NCBI GenBank assembly: GCA_030324005.1
Contig: JARDVH010000084.1
Span: 67,394,630 to 67,458,629, forward strand
Origin: Negaprion brevirostris
Lineage: Eukaryota
Reading direction: 5' to 3'
DNA length: 64,000 nt
The notes under the pieces were generated by a model. The model saw only the letters and a list, made by a program, of their open reading frames with translations, searched no databases and was not told the origin of the DNA. Position numbers and translations under genes: made by a program. The first letter of the stretch is position 1, and each line of letters starts with the position of its first letter. This document shows, piece after piece, positions 24,466 to 37,343 of the stretch.

Positions 24466-25344
24466 GTGAGGAGTTGCTCTGAAACTAGGCCTACTGGTGA
24501 ATTTCTCTCCAAATTTGTGAGTGTGACAGGGTGGCAGATTGTACGTTGCATTAGTGGGTAGTCACTTGCTCGTTCTATATGTATTGTACAAATGTCTGCG
24601 CCAAGTAACTAACTTTATAATGTGAGACAAACAAACAGTTGCACGTCCTTGCTAGTGCCACAAAAAGCTGGACGCAAGACCACAAACTGCAGAGAGTAGA
24701 TAGTCCCAGGAACTAGGAACTGGAGAACAAGAAATATCTCAAGTACAGTAAAGCCAAAGAAACAAAGGATAAGACGTTGAACAAGGTGTTGTTCAGTGAA
24801 GTTAAAATAAGCTGCAGAGAGAGAATTATGAATTAAAGGGACNNNNNNNNNNNNNNNNNNNNNNNNNNNNNNNNNNNNNNNNNNNNNNNNNNNNNNNNNN
24901 NNNNNNNNNNNNNNNNNNNNNNNNNNNNNNNNNNNNNNNNNNATCTGCAGAGAGAGAATGATGAATTAAAGGGACAGTTGCAGGAACCAGTTTTAAAGTT
25001 GGTCATATGAGAATGAGGTTTTATTCTAAGTGATCAAATGGTCAGTGCCTTTAACGAAGCCTGCAAAGCAATGGTGTTCTGTTGCCATGCTTGGGTATCT
25101 GAAGGATGTGGTGATCTAGGGCAGAGGTATAGTGAAAGGAGAGGTTGAAATCCTGGAGGTGGATCCTTTTGTGAAGGCATCTAAGAGAAAGTATTGTTTC
25201 GAAGAAGATTCCAAGGCATGTTCTTGGAGTGCAGAGATAAGAAGCCCTCATATGGAAGAAAGAACTCCAAGGAACCCAGTTTGCTCACAGTGTGACAAGC
25301 TTCAAGAGTGTATTGATGAGAAATCCACAAAAATTGTATTTGTA

Positions 25345-25657
25345 GAAACCCTACAGTGCTGAAGGAGGTCATTTTGCCTGTCGAGTCTGCACCGACAACA
25401 ATCCCACCCAGGCCTTAACCTCATAACTCCAAGTATTTACCTCAGTGATCCCTCTAACCTACGCATGCCAGGACATTAGGGGGCAATTTAGCATGGCCAG
25501 TCAACCTAACCCACACCCATCTTTTGACTATAGGAGGAAACCCACGCAGACACAGAATGTGCCAACTCCAGACAGACAGTGACTCGAGGCCAGAATTGAA
25601 CCCGTGCCCCTGGTGCTGTGAGTCAGCAGTGCTCACCACTATACCACCGTGCCACCT
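25345..25657 (-). mobile_element. HE1-type V-SINE
   Basis: tagaaaccctacagtgc...gcaatttagcatggcc...cagcagtgctcaccactataccaccgtgcc. Confidence 0.88.
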
Positions 25658-28600
25658 TCAGATATGCTTTTGTAGTGGCGTTGCTACAAAATACTTACTG
25701 ACTTCCCAGGCAGTCCTTCAAAATGAGCCAGTTTGGAATCATTTTATTGGGTGGCATCTGTCATTTGGTTTCAGATAGTGTGCCCTGACCACACTTTATT
25801 TCATATGGACTGTGTGCTTAGAACATTATACAGTTGATATTGTAACTTATTTTATCCTTACACATCTATATCTGCAACAGTGTAACTGGGATGAAGGAGT
25901 CGTGTATTATTAATAATCTTGTTTAATTCACTGGCAATGCTGTGACTGTTCATAAACAAAAAAAAATTTAAAATCTATCAGGCTGGATTCCGTCCTGGAA
26001 TCTTATTTGCCCAGTAATAACATCAGCTGGGGAATCGTAATTGGGCTGTGACTTCTTGCAACTCTACAGCATTAATTCTTAATTTTGCACACTACTACCG
26101 ATTATTGCAAAATTAAATTTGGGGAAGGGCCTCTGAATTTTCTGGATGTGATGGGGGTACAAAAATCTGTCAGCTTCTCATCATTTTGCCTCATTGCCAT
26201 GCAGAAAATTCTTGATGTACCCATAGGACATGGTGTCCTGAGAGAACTTCTGCAACACTAAGAAATAACACTGGTGTTGAAGAGAAATGCAAGCTAGCAG
26301 TTTTTCACTGGATGAAACCAATTTCTGAAAGATTTGGCCTTGATTGCTGAGGTTTTATGTTTATGAATTTAATTGATTGTAACACTTCCACTGAGAATTA
26401 AGTACGAGTCCTAGAAGTGAACAGAAGTTCACAGTGGTTGGAAAAATGCCCAGTGACAAAACATAGATTTTAAAAATTCTAATTCCAAATACTTTCCACT
26501 CTGTGAATATCTTGAAGTTTCAGCACTATCTTCCAACTGTGCAATCCAATTCAATATTATACTGAGTGTATAATTTTCTATTTTAGTCTAGGCAGTGAGG
26601 ATCTCAGATATGCTTTGTAATGGAGTTGTTGCAATATAATTACTGACCTACTAGGCAGTCATTCAAAATGAGCCAGTTGGAAATCCTTTTATCATTTGTA
26701 AGTTTGACTATTTTTATATTAACTGGAATATTTTGTTCATGTTAGAATAGATTATGAAGTAATATTGTGGAAGTTTGATTTATTTAGTTAAAACAAAAGG
26801 AGAACATTTAAAAAAAAAAATCTTTTATCATATAATAAAAAGGTCTTCTGGGGCAGGTTCTACTTGAGATCGATATTCTATATTGTAGAAAGATACCTTT
26901 GTTCGTATCACCTTTTTTGTCGTCATTCTTCATGGTGCTGCATATTTCACAGCAACAATGATGGGTTTTTCTATAAATGTCAGACTTTTGAAGAGGGAAT
27001 TGATGTAGTTTTCTGTTGAACTGTCTGAATTTTAGCTCCTGTGTATTGAATTGCTGATAGAATGTTATTTGCCCTAAACAACTTAACTGCATTCAGAGCA
27101 GGAAACAGGTACTGTTTGGGTTTTCATTGCTACCACCTGCTGCCATGTGTCCTTCTCTAGGTGGGTAGAAAGGACAAACTGTGTTGCAGAATGTCCTAGT
27201 CCATTAAATACTAATTAGGTGCACCGCTCTTTTTCACACTTACTTCCTTTCTATCTCACTCAAGGAACCTTTTCTTTTATTTTCTCCTTTTATTTCTGAC
27301 TCTCAAACTGACTCAGTCTCTCACTCTGTCCACTCTTGTCACTCTGTCACTCTCCGACCAGTCTGGTTGGGAGCTAAGTGGCATGTGAAGTCCGGTCCTA
27401 TTGTGATCACATGCTTTGTGTCACCTTGAGATCTGGTTTCATGTTGTTTCTGGTGAAGATGTGCAACCTACCAATTACTGCAAGGCTTGAAGAATCCACT
27501 GTTCTGTGTGGTTTATTATGTTTATCCACTGTTCTGTCTGTTTTAAACGCTGGAATATCAAACTCAGCAGTGTATCCGTTTATATGAAGTAATGACGAGA
27601 AAAGAGGCATGGTGAGAGTGTTCGCTTGGTGTTGAAAGCTGGATCCATTCAGGCTAACCATTGAATACACAGATCATTTCTTAATGAAAATGCAGGAAAA
27701 CTTAATGCCTCCTATAGTGTATTTGTATATGCATTAACGTTGATAAAGCGAACGCTCCCTCATCATTATTTTCTTTCAAACAATCAGTCAATTGATGCAA
27801 AAAAACAACTACAGAGGAATCATATTAATGTAATTTGAGAAGTATGTACATGCAATGAATNNNNNNNNNNNNNNNNNNNNNNNNNNNNNNNNNNNNNNNN
27901 NNNNNNNNNNNNNNNNNNNNNNNNNNNNNNNNNNNNNNNNNNNNNNNNNNNNNNNNNNNNGCTTTCAAACAATCAGTCCATTGAGGCACAAAAACAACTT
28001 CAGAGGAATCCTATTTCTGTCATTTGAGAAGTCTGTACATGCAATGAATTCTTTCCCAGATCTCAGTAAATGGATGTTTCTTCTCCTTCAAAGAATGAAA
28101 AGGTTACTATTTTAAACTGGATAAGTGCCTACATTTAGATGCTTAGATGTGCAAAATTCATTTAAATAGTAATATGTGTGGAGCAGCCACTTTGACTTAG
28201 TGATAACTGTATTTTCAATTATCAATCAGTTTTGCAGTAATTTATAATGAAATGCAGCTGTCAAATAGGTGCATTCTTGAAGGAATCTGTAACCTGTCTC
28301 AAGAGTTTGGCAATGCAAGGCTGGCACCAGAAAGCTATCTTTATTTAGGATAGTTTTTTAGGAAAATAAATGTAGCATTCCTCAGTTTGATAGTATGCAA
28401 GGCAACATTGTGCTTCTTCTGAACTCCTTTCCCTTATGAACTGTCCTGTAGGTATTTTATTGGTTCTAATGGGTCGATTAGTTAGACTACGCTGGAAGTA
28501 TATTTTTGTACTATACATAAAAGACAGTATGTTGATATTCTGTGGGAGCTAAGCCATGTCCAGTGCCTGAGCCAAACAGGTTAGAAGGCAGTGGGATGGA

Positions 28601-29654
28601 TGAGAGGGGAAGCAGATGAGAAAAGGAGTGGGATAGGGTAGGAAAAGATATAGCAACAGAAGGTAGTGAAGGACTGAACCAGGCTCCATTCCTTCAAGGG
28701 CAGTGGAGGGGCAGATTTTGAAGGGGCAGTAGTGAGCTTGGGCCAGTTTTCCTTTTGGAAAAGGGAAGCTGTTCTGGGTTAGATTTGGGTAGTGTGTATA
28801 TGTGTGTGCATTTGCGTGTGTCCCCACTTCCCCAGTGGGTGGAAGCCAATTACTGGGCATGGTTAGGGATAGACATAGTGGCAAAGTTCAATTCGGGCAT
28901 GTGTGTGGGATGGTCATCTTGAGTAGGTTAGGAAAAGGTCACATTTATGCAGGGAAGAGCAATACATAGAGAGTAAATGGAAAAGTTATGTCTTTGATGA
29001 AATGGGAGAAGGCTGAGCGTCATTATTGAGTGTTTGGAGCGAGAAGTTGGAGCAAGACAAGAATGTTTTTGATCTCTGGAAAGGTGTTAGTAGACCAGTT
29101 TTGTCCTCTGGAGATTGCAGGTTCTCACTAAATGGCCAGAGTGCTTAGATTACTATGGAAGGATGTATTTATACTATATTTACACAATATAATACATCCA
29201 TTGGAAGCAATACAAATGGTGAAGAGAACTGAATTTGCCCTCAGTGGATAAGGGAATGTTCAAATTTCTCATTAAGTGGGTTGAAGGATGAATTACTTCT
29301 AGGATTCCTCTACCAGGAGGTTTAGATGTGGATGGGGCGTGGTGGCTGCTTGATATTATGGTTGGTTTGGGGGAGAGTGGGACACTATGTATTGGCTCGA
29401 GGGCTTTGGATTTCTCATTTTTGGGGTGATGCTTTTGTTTGTACATTGATTTCCTTTCAAGGAGAAGTCCATTATTAGTTTCCTGCAGTGTGGAGAGTGG
29501 CGAATTTATGGAGAAGGCATACATACTTATGGAAATTGGAAAAGTTTGTTTCAGAGTCTAGATCAGCATTCAATAAGCGCCTTAAGTTATTTAAATCTCC
29601 AACACTTTAAAAACAAACAAAAAACCATGTGCTGTAGGCTACAAGATTCCTAAC

Positions 29655-29945
29655 TGAATCTACTATCTAGAAGGTCAAGGACAGCAGACATGTGGGAACA
29701 TCATCACCTAGAGGTTCCCCTCCCAAGTCGGTCAGTCATCCTGATTTGGAAATATATCACTGTCCCTCACTGTAACTAGATGTGAGTCTTGGAATTCCCA
29801 CCCTAACAGCACTGTGGGCGTACTTACACTAAATGGACTGCAACAGTTCAATAAGGTAGCTCCCCACCACCACCTCAAGGGCAAGTAGGAATGGGTAATA
29901 AATGCTGGTCTAACCAGCAATGCCCATATCCCATAAAATGAATTT
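29655..29945 (+). mobile_element. LINE family B 3' end
   Basis: tctagaaggtcaaggacagcag...ctcaagggcaagtaggaatgggtaataaatgctgg...cccatatcccataaaatgaat. Confidence 0.75.
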
Positions 29946-30877
29946 TAAGAAGTACTTAATGCATAATCTGAGATTGTATATTAAGGTAAATTATTTGGAC
30001 ATGATACACCAGAAACAAGCTGGAATACTGTCCACCAGGCACCCCTGGATAACGTGATCCATAATTGATTCTTTGCTATCCACTCTAGGCTGTTGAAACT
30101 AATTGTACCACTCCAACTGCTGCCCCACCTGAGACCAATTGGGAATGGAACTGGGGACCTCTCGTGCAAAAATGTTCTACAAGTACAAATCAGCGGCCGT
30201 GGTGCTTTGTGCAGTTTAAATCCACACACTCTGAACTTACCGATTAATTGATATGGGAGTTCTTTTGGGGCTAATCAGCCCAATTGGTCTATGTTGATTT
30301 TTATTTTTCAACAAGCCTCCTCTCGCCTTACTTATCCTTTTTGTTTCTCCTTACTTGTATACTTCAGTGAAAACTAAATAAAACCATCTATTAACAACAT
30401 GTACTCCAGGTAGCAGCAGGTATCACATTCTCAGCATTCCAAGGAAAGACACACACATTTGTGTTCGTCATTTGTTGTTATTGACTTCATTGGGGTCATT
30501 GGGGTCATTCAGCTCAATGTGCAGGATCTCAGAACCCCCGTCACCCTCCTGTATTCTAGCAGTATGTGAGGGGCCATTTTCTTGGAGGCCTGTTGAGTCA
30601 GGACTTTTCCAGACTTGAGCTTTTCTCATCTCCATAGCTACGATCTGGCTCACAATGTAAGTTGAGGCAACCCTGGCAATATGCATCTTAGTTTTTTTAA
30701 CTTATTCAGCTCACTAACTTTCCAAGGTGGTTCCTCTGAAGTTATTGTCCATGTACCTGTAAACAAGCTATTTAATCAAAGTTTCTTTTGGAATTTTGTG
30801 AGGTGCTGATGGCCAGGGTGCTTAGTTAGAATGTAAATGAGCTTGTTCCATAATGTAATGCTACTTTATATGGATTT

Positions 30878-31190
30878 AAGAAAGAAAGAAAGAACAACAC
30901 AGCACGGGACACAGGCCCTTCGGCCCAACGAGCCCACGCCGCCGTCCCATTGTCAGTGACCTATTCATGATTTTAGTCTACGCCTAANNNNNNNNNNNNN
31001 NNNNNNNNNNNNNNNNNNNNNNNNNNNNNNNNNNNNNNNNNNNNNNNNNNNNNNNNNNNNNNNNNNNNNNNNNNNNNNNNNNNNNNNNNAAGCTCGTGAC
31101 CCCTCGTTCTATCCATTTCTAATAGTGGAAAAAGCTTACCACCATTTACTCTATCTATCCCCTTCACAATCCTATAAACCTCCATTAGAT
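30878..31190 (-). mobile_element. CR1 3' end with gap
   Basis: Minus-strand EVYRIVKGIDRVNGGKLFPLLEMDRTRGH and a (tttc)n tail. Confidence 0.85.
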
Positions 31191-31834
31191 TTAGACATAG
31201 GCCTCATATTTGTTTTGGTTTAGGAACTTGTTAGTCTGCACAAAGTTTGGTAACCTGCCTTTTTGACTTGTGATTTTAGTCATGTGCGTTTAAGTTTCAA
31301 AAACTGTTTAGTTTGACCATTTTTACCATTTGAGGAAATGGGAATATTCTGAATTGGGTAAGTTTTTAATGTTATTTTAGCATTTTCCTGGGGTCTGTGG
31401 TAAGTCGAACTGCTGAATGCAGCCCCTTGTGACGTGCCACTGCTGGACTAATCATTGGCACCGTAACCTCAATTCTTTCCTCAGTAATATGCAGTGCAGT
31501 TTTTAAGATGCATTATATGTACTCTGTGTATCGTATGCTTGAGAGATATTTTGCAATAGCTCTTAAGATCTTATGCCTTCAGCCCTTGGGCAAGTATTTT
31601 AAAGACAAATGTAGAACTGCCCATAGATGGGGTTGGAGAACGTGTTAAATTGAGACAGTGCACTCTCTAGTACCTGAGAATCTGGCTTAGAAAGTGTAAT
31701 TGTTTTATCCTGCCCACATGCTTCCACTCATAAGCCTGAAATTATAGAATATTCCCACAGTTTGCGAGTAACTTTGTAAGTGTATGTTCTTTTTAACATC
31801 TTATCCTGAATCATAATTGCTCCAACATTAGTCA

Positions 31835-32020
31835 TCTCAGCCTCAAGCTCTGGAATTCACTCCCTACACCCTTCTGTCTTGCCTGCTTCCTTTAAAACAC
31901 TTTTTAAATCTTTGACCAGGCTTTGGTCATCTGGTCTAATATCTCCTTACGTGGCTCGGTGTCATACTTTGTTTTATAATGTTCCCATGAAACGTCATGG
32001 GACATTACATTAAAAATGCT
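31835..32020 (+). mobile_element. L2-type LINE 3' end
   Basis: aagctctggaattcactccct...tttgaccaggctttggtcatctg...ggctcggtgtca...aaatgctat. Confidence 0.65.
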
Positions 32021-32024
32021 ATTT

Positions 32025-33065
32025 ATTCTTTCACGGGATGTTGGTGTCTAGGCCAATATTTACTGCCCATTGCCAATTGCTCTACAGAAGATGGTAGTGA
32101 GCCGTTGCAGTCGGTGTGGTGTAAACACTCCCACAGTGCTTCCTGGGAGAGAGCACCAGGACTTTGACTGCATGACAATGAAGGAGTAACAACATAGTTC
32201 TAAGTCAGGATGGTAAATGGCTTTTGAGGGGAAATTGCAGGTTGTGGTGTTCTTATGCATCTGATGCCCTTGTCCTTCTAAGTGGCAGAGGTTGTGAGTT
32301 TGTATGGTGTTTTTGAAGGAGCCTTGGTGAGTTTTTGAAATGCATCCTGCAATGGTACTGCTGCCATTGTGGAGGTTGTAAATGATGAGCGTAATGCTAA
32401 TCAAGCGAGCTGCTTTGTCCTGGATGGTGTCAAGGACAATGGGTGGCAATATATTCCCAAGTCAGGATGATNNNNNNNNNNNNNNNNNNNNNNNNNNNNN
32501 NNNNNNNNNNNNNNNNNNNNNNNNNNNNNNNNNNNNNNNNNNNNNNNNNNNNNNNNNNNNNNNNNNNNNNNGTGGCAATATATTCCCAAGTCAGGATGAT
32601 GAGTGTCTTGGAGGGGAACTTCCAGATGGTGGTGTTTTCATGTATCTGGTGCCCTTGTCCTTCTAGATGATAGTGGTCATGACTTGATGCTGCAGAAGGA
32701 GCCTTGGTGTGTTGCTGCAGTGCATCTTGCCACTGAAGCTGCTGCCACTGTGCATCAGTGGAGGAAGAAATGAATGTTTGTGAATGGTGCCAATCGAATG
32801 AGCTGATTTTGTCCTGGTGGTATCAAGCTTCTTGAATGTTTTTGGAGCTGCAGTTTTCCACGCAAGTGGGTAGTATTCCATCACGTTCCTGACTTGTGCC
32901 TTGTAGATGGTTGACAGACCATTGGAAAGTTAGGAAGTGAGTTACTTGCTGCACTATTCCTAGCCTCTGACCTGTTTTTGTAGACACGTTATTTATATGA
33001 CTAGTACAGTTTATTTTAGTCAACAATAATTCTCAATGTTGATGTTGGCAGATTCAGTGATGGTA
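32025..33065 (-). mobile_element. LINE family B 3' portion (two overlapping pieces around a gap)
   Basis: Minus-strand MMEYYPLAWKTAAPKTFKKLDT and LDTIQDKAARLI. Confidence 0.8.
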
Positions 33066-33542
33066 ATGTGCTTTTACTGCTTACACGTTTTTGGTACTTC
33101 GTTGAGTAATGGTCTTCTATTTACCTAACAGCACTGTATTTTCCTATCTCGAGAGCACAAATTTGGCGAAATCCGTTTTGTTTGCTCCACTTGAAAAAAT
33201 CAATTAGATCTTCTTGTTCAAATTGAATGTTAGGCTTCTTCAATAACTAAACCACATCTGTTTCTATGGATTTGGTTTGTTTAATGCAGTGTGGCCATGC
33301 AATTAATATGCAACGGATTGAGCTGGGCAATTTCCTGAATTGTTGGAATAAGCTATGATCTGCATTCAGTATGAATTCAGTTTGGACATGTTCTGTTACC
33401 TCAGCCGATACTATCACCTCATTCCTTGCACTTGCTTGAATTTATAAGAAGCAAGAAAGAGTACAATGCAGCTATAGAGAGAGAAGTGGAAGGGAAGTTC
33501 CACATTTAACTACTTAACGTTAACAACTCTAATACGAATTGG

Positions 33543-33640
33543 AGGGCCTGTTAGCTCAATAGGCTAGATGGGTAGTGGTGGATCAGTATTACGGGGTTCA
33601 ATTCCCATTCTAGCTGAAGTAGACTTGAGGTCTGCCTTGT
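33543..33640 (+). mobile_element. tRNA-derived SINE head fragment (related to 60485-60615)
   Basis: A-box-like ttagctcaatagg and B-box-like ggttcaattccc, with no cloverleaf. Confidence 0.5.
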
Positions 33641-35469
33641 GAGATAGTCATAACATAAGCTGCGTTTCAGCAGCTCTCAAATAATCTGAAGAAGAAGAAA
33701 GAAGGATACTGAGCTATTCACCTTGTTTGCTGAATCAGTTAGCAAAATAACCAATTACTTTGATTATTTGGATTCTCTAAGTTGAGTAATCCGATTATTT
33801 TACCGCTTTGGAATTTAGAAGAAAATTCTTAATTAGAGTCCTGCTTTTTGAAATCATTAATGCAAGCTTCCAAGGAGGTATTTTTCTTTTTACATAATTC
33901 AGTTATTTGGCTAATACTAGCTAAGTATGAGTGTGCAATATTTAGAAAGGCATTAAATTGAACGATTCCTGCTTCAATATTTGACACGGTGAATACAGGA
34001 CTTATGAGAACTTGGAGCACAAGAGTTGGTTGTTGCAATGTATTCACTTGGGGAATAGCTGGCATTCAGTTTTACTCGTCAGATACTGGGTATGTATTGT
34101 TGGAATGTGACCCATAATGTTTTTATATTCAGCAAGCTTCTTCTCAGGATTGAGCTGAACCGGTGGTTGAACAAGGCTGGAAAGGTGCTTCAGGCACCGC
34201 ACAAGGAGGAAGAGCAGCAGCAAGGTTAATCTCTTAGCTTTTCATTTGCGTTAGAAATATTTCGCAAACACTGTGCAAACTTTACATAGCAGATGATCTG
34301 TGCAATTTTTGCACGCCGTCAATTATTTAATTTTGCAGTTAAATGAGACATTCTGTGGTATTTGAAAAATGCACCAAACCATAAATGATTGAAGCTGACC
34401 AGTTAATTGCTGTCCAATTAATCTTGTGTACATATTCTTTCTCCCTACCCCCACCAACTACCACATGTGGATAGAAATGTAATGCTGGGCCAATGTTAGA
34501 AATAAGTCCCTGTGAACAAGTTCTTGTGGAGCACCAATGAAACAAACCTGGGAAAAGATGTTTCATCCTCCTTTTGAAGTAGGACTTGGTTTGCAGAAAT
34601 AAAGGTGACTTTTTAAAAAAATGTCTCCGTGCATGTAAGTACATACAATAATCCACTGTGGAATGGAATTTTCACATTGTACTGCTGTGTATCCTTTTTC
34701 TTCTTCAAATGTTAACCAGAGCAACTGAATTCTAAAAGGCAGTAACATTGCTAGACTATTGATGGGGGCTGGAAGTTGATAATTGTAACCAGTCACAAAG
34801 CTCACTGAAAGAAAGCTAAATTATATGATTGGTGAATAGATTAGTACTTGCTTACAAACCAGCAAGATTTTTTTTTCACCTTTCATTTGATTCATTCAGA
34901 AATAAAATATCTGAAATTACTCATTAGAAAAAATGTATATGCTGGAGTTCCAGCAGCAAAACAAATATAAGACATTGGGGAGTGTCAGCGCACAACATGT
35001 GCAAATGGGACAGAAGCTATCTGTCGTGTCATAGTGGGCCAAATGGTCTCTTTCTCTGCTGTATCATTCCACGTGTCATGTTTGGTTGCATATTCAACGT
35101 AACCTCCTTACTATTATTGGCTTTGGAGCTTTAGTCCACAGAAGGACCAGCAGCAAGGAATGCAGTATGTTAAACATAAGTTATAGCACTTCAGTATTGA
35201 ATGGACACCAGAAGTTATGTTGCAGATTTCCACTTTGCCTATTTTATTATCTATTTCCTTCTATATATCTGATGTAATTATCAGATTAAGTAGCAGGATG
35301 AACAGGTTATGGCATTGTTATAGCATTGATTTAATTCAACATATACTGCAGCATAAATGGGAATAAAAGCATCATAAGCGCAATTTATTCATTATGCATT
35401 TCAAAGCACAGCAGCATAAATCAAGTCAAGTATAATGTCAGCAGTATTTTGGAACACTTTTTAAAGAAA

Positions 35470-36000
35470 GACCGATATCATACAGGACACTAGATCGCAG
35501 CTGGAATATTGTGTACAGTTCTAGGTGCCACACTGTAGGAAGGATTGGAGAGAGTGCAGAAGAGATTCACAAGAATGGTTCCAGAAGTTAGGAAAGAATG
35601 GAGAAGTTGGGACTGTTTTCCTTGGAGAAAAGGTGAAGAGAGGAGATTTAATAGAGGTATTCAAAATCACGATAGAGCTGACAGAGTAGACAAACTGTTA
35701 AAGGAGAGTAAGAGGGCACAGAGTTAAAGTGACTGGCAAAAGAAGCAAATGTGATACAAGAAAAAGAAAGCTTCCTGAATCAGGGTAGTTTGGGGTCTGG
35801 AATGCACTGCCTGGAAGTGTGGTGGAGACAGGTTCCCTCAAGGCATTCAAGAGGGCGTTAGGTGATTATTTGAACAGAAACAATGTGCAAGGGTATGAGG
35901 AAAAGGCAGGAGAATGGCACAAAATCGTAATGCTCATTTGGCGAGGCAACACAGACAAGATGAGCCAAATGACCACCTGCACCATAATGATTGTGTGATG
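35470..36000 (+). mobile_element. CR1 3' portion
   Basis: LEYCVQF and LERVQKRFTRMVP. Confidence 0.8.
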
Positions 36001-36852
36001 CTGTAGCCTTCCATTTCTCTGTCTGTTTTAATATTTGGAAAATTCTATATTTACATTGGTAAATGAATTGAAAATCTTCCCTGGGATGGAACACTCACCA
36101 TGTATTTTAATTCTCCAATGTATGGGGGAGTATTGTTTCGGAGAAAAACCTNNNNNNNNNNNNNNNNNNNNNNNNNNNNNNNNNNNNNNNNNNNNNNNNN
36201 NNNNNNNNNNNNNNNNNNNNCAAAACAAATTTTGTGACGACCTTTGTCCCCTGAAGCAGAACAGTAAGGATAATCTTTAAAATGTCTGTGGAATCTGAAC
36301 CTGTTTTTAAGAATTTTTGAAAAAGACTTTGAAGTGAAATACTTACTTGTGAAATACTCTATGCAGACACTTTGACCATTTTTAATACTCAAAAACATGT
36401 CTACCAGGTGCTCTTACTTTGAGACAAAGGACTGTAGCTCAAACTTATTAAGACACTCGCAGGTAAAGGAAGCAACTGTTAGACAATAAATTAACTTATT
36501 TCTTCCAAACTAGGCTGACTGCCTGAAAAACATATGTACCACCCATGCTGGTGAAGTTGACTGGGCTGTTGGAGCCGATGGATGAACTCAATGTTTTCTT
36601 GGTACAAAGGTGGATCTCCCATGCCCTCTTCTATTATCATGGGTCGCATCAGGCCAGTCAAGTCTTCACTGGGGTTTGTCTCAAGATGTCCAGCTTAGTC
36701 CACTCTCTGAGCCCTTCTGGCATTTCTCTGGCTTTCAGCCAATCGGAGCACAGCACCCAGTGAGGTTTGGCCAGGTCATCCTGGGTGTATGTATTCCCTT
36801 TCACAATGTGGTTAATAGAAGGGAGCATGGCTGAAACTGGAGAATACGTAAA

Positions 36853-37060
36853 CATAAAAGCAAAATACTGTGGGATGCTGGAATCTGAAACAAAAATAGA
36901 AAATGTTGAAAAATCTTAGCAGGTCTGATAGCATCTATGGAGATAGAATAGAGCCAACATTTTGAGTCGAGACGACCTATCTTCAGAGCTGGTGAAGGTC
37001 TCTGATGAAGGGTCATCCAAACTCAAAACATTGGCTCTATTCTCTCCCCACAGTTGCTGA
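36853..37060. mobile_element. Penelope-derived element with inverted termini and degenerate hammerhead core
   Basis: aaaagcaaaatactg...gcaggtctgatagcatct...cttcagag on the left and ctCTGATGAagggtcatccaaactcaaaacattggctct on the right. Confidence 0.65.
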
Positions 37061-37343
37061 ACACACATATATTGTCTTTCTCTATTCTGGCTGGGTATGT
37101 CTTGATGGGTTTTGGATCATAATGACTCCCCCATTATTAAGCTCAAGCATCTCTGTTCAATACGCAAGACAGGTCTGGGTGGGCCCCTGTTGGCTTTTGA
37201 CTTGTGGTGATCTTGTCCGTGTTCCATTAGGCCTTTTTGCTTGCAGAAGCTGTTTAGCTTTGGAATTATTTAAAGTGTCCAACTTTATGTTGGGCTGAGT
37301 TGCTCAGCCTATTGGCCAGTTGGCCACAAGAGTTTGCACAAAT

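Noticed and set aside
27773-28050. About 88-bp diverged tandem duplication across a gap
   Set aside because: Differences in the left copy are almost all changes to A, consistent with a low-quality read end at a contig edge, so this is probably an assembly artefact.
30468-30756. Minus-strand 72-aa ORF near a ttacag acceptor
   Set aside because: There is an in-frame stop just upstream, it needs a frameshift to join the acceptor, and it has no recognisable homology.
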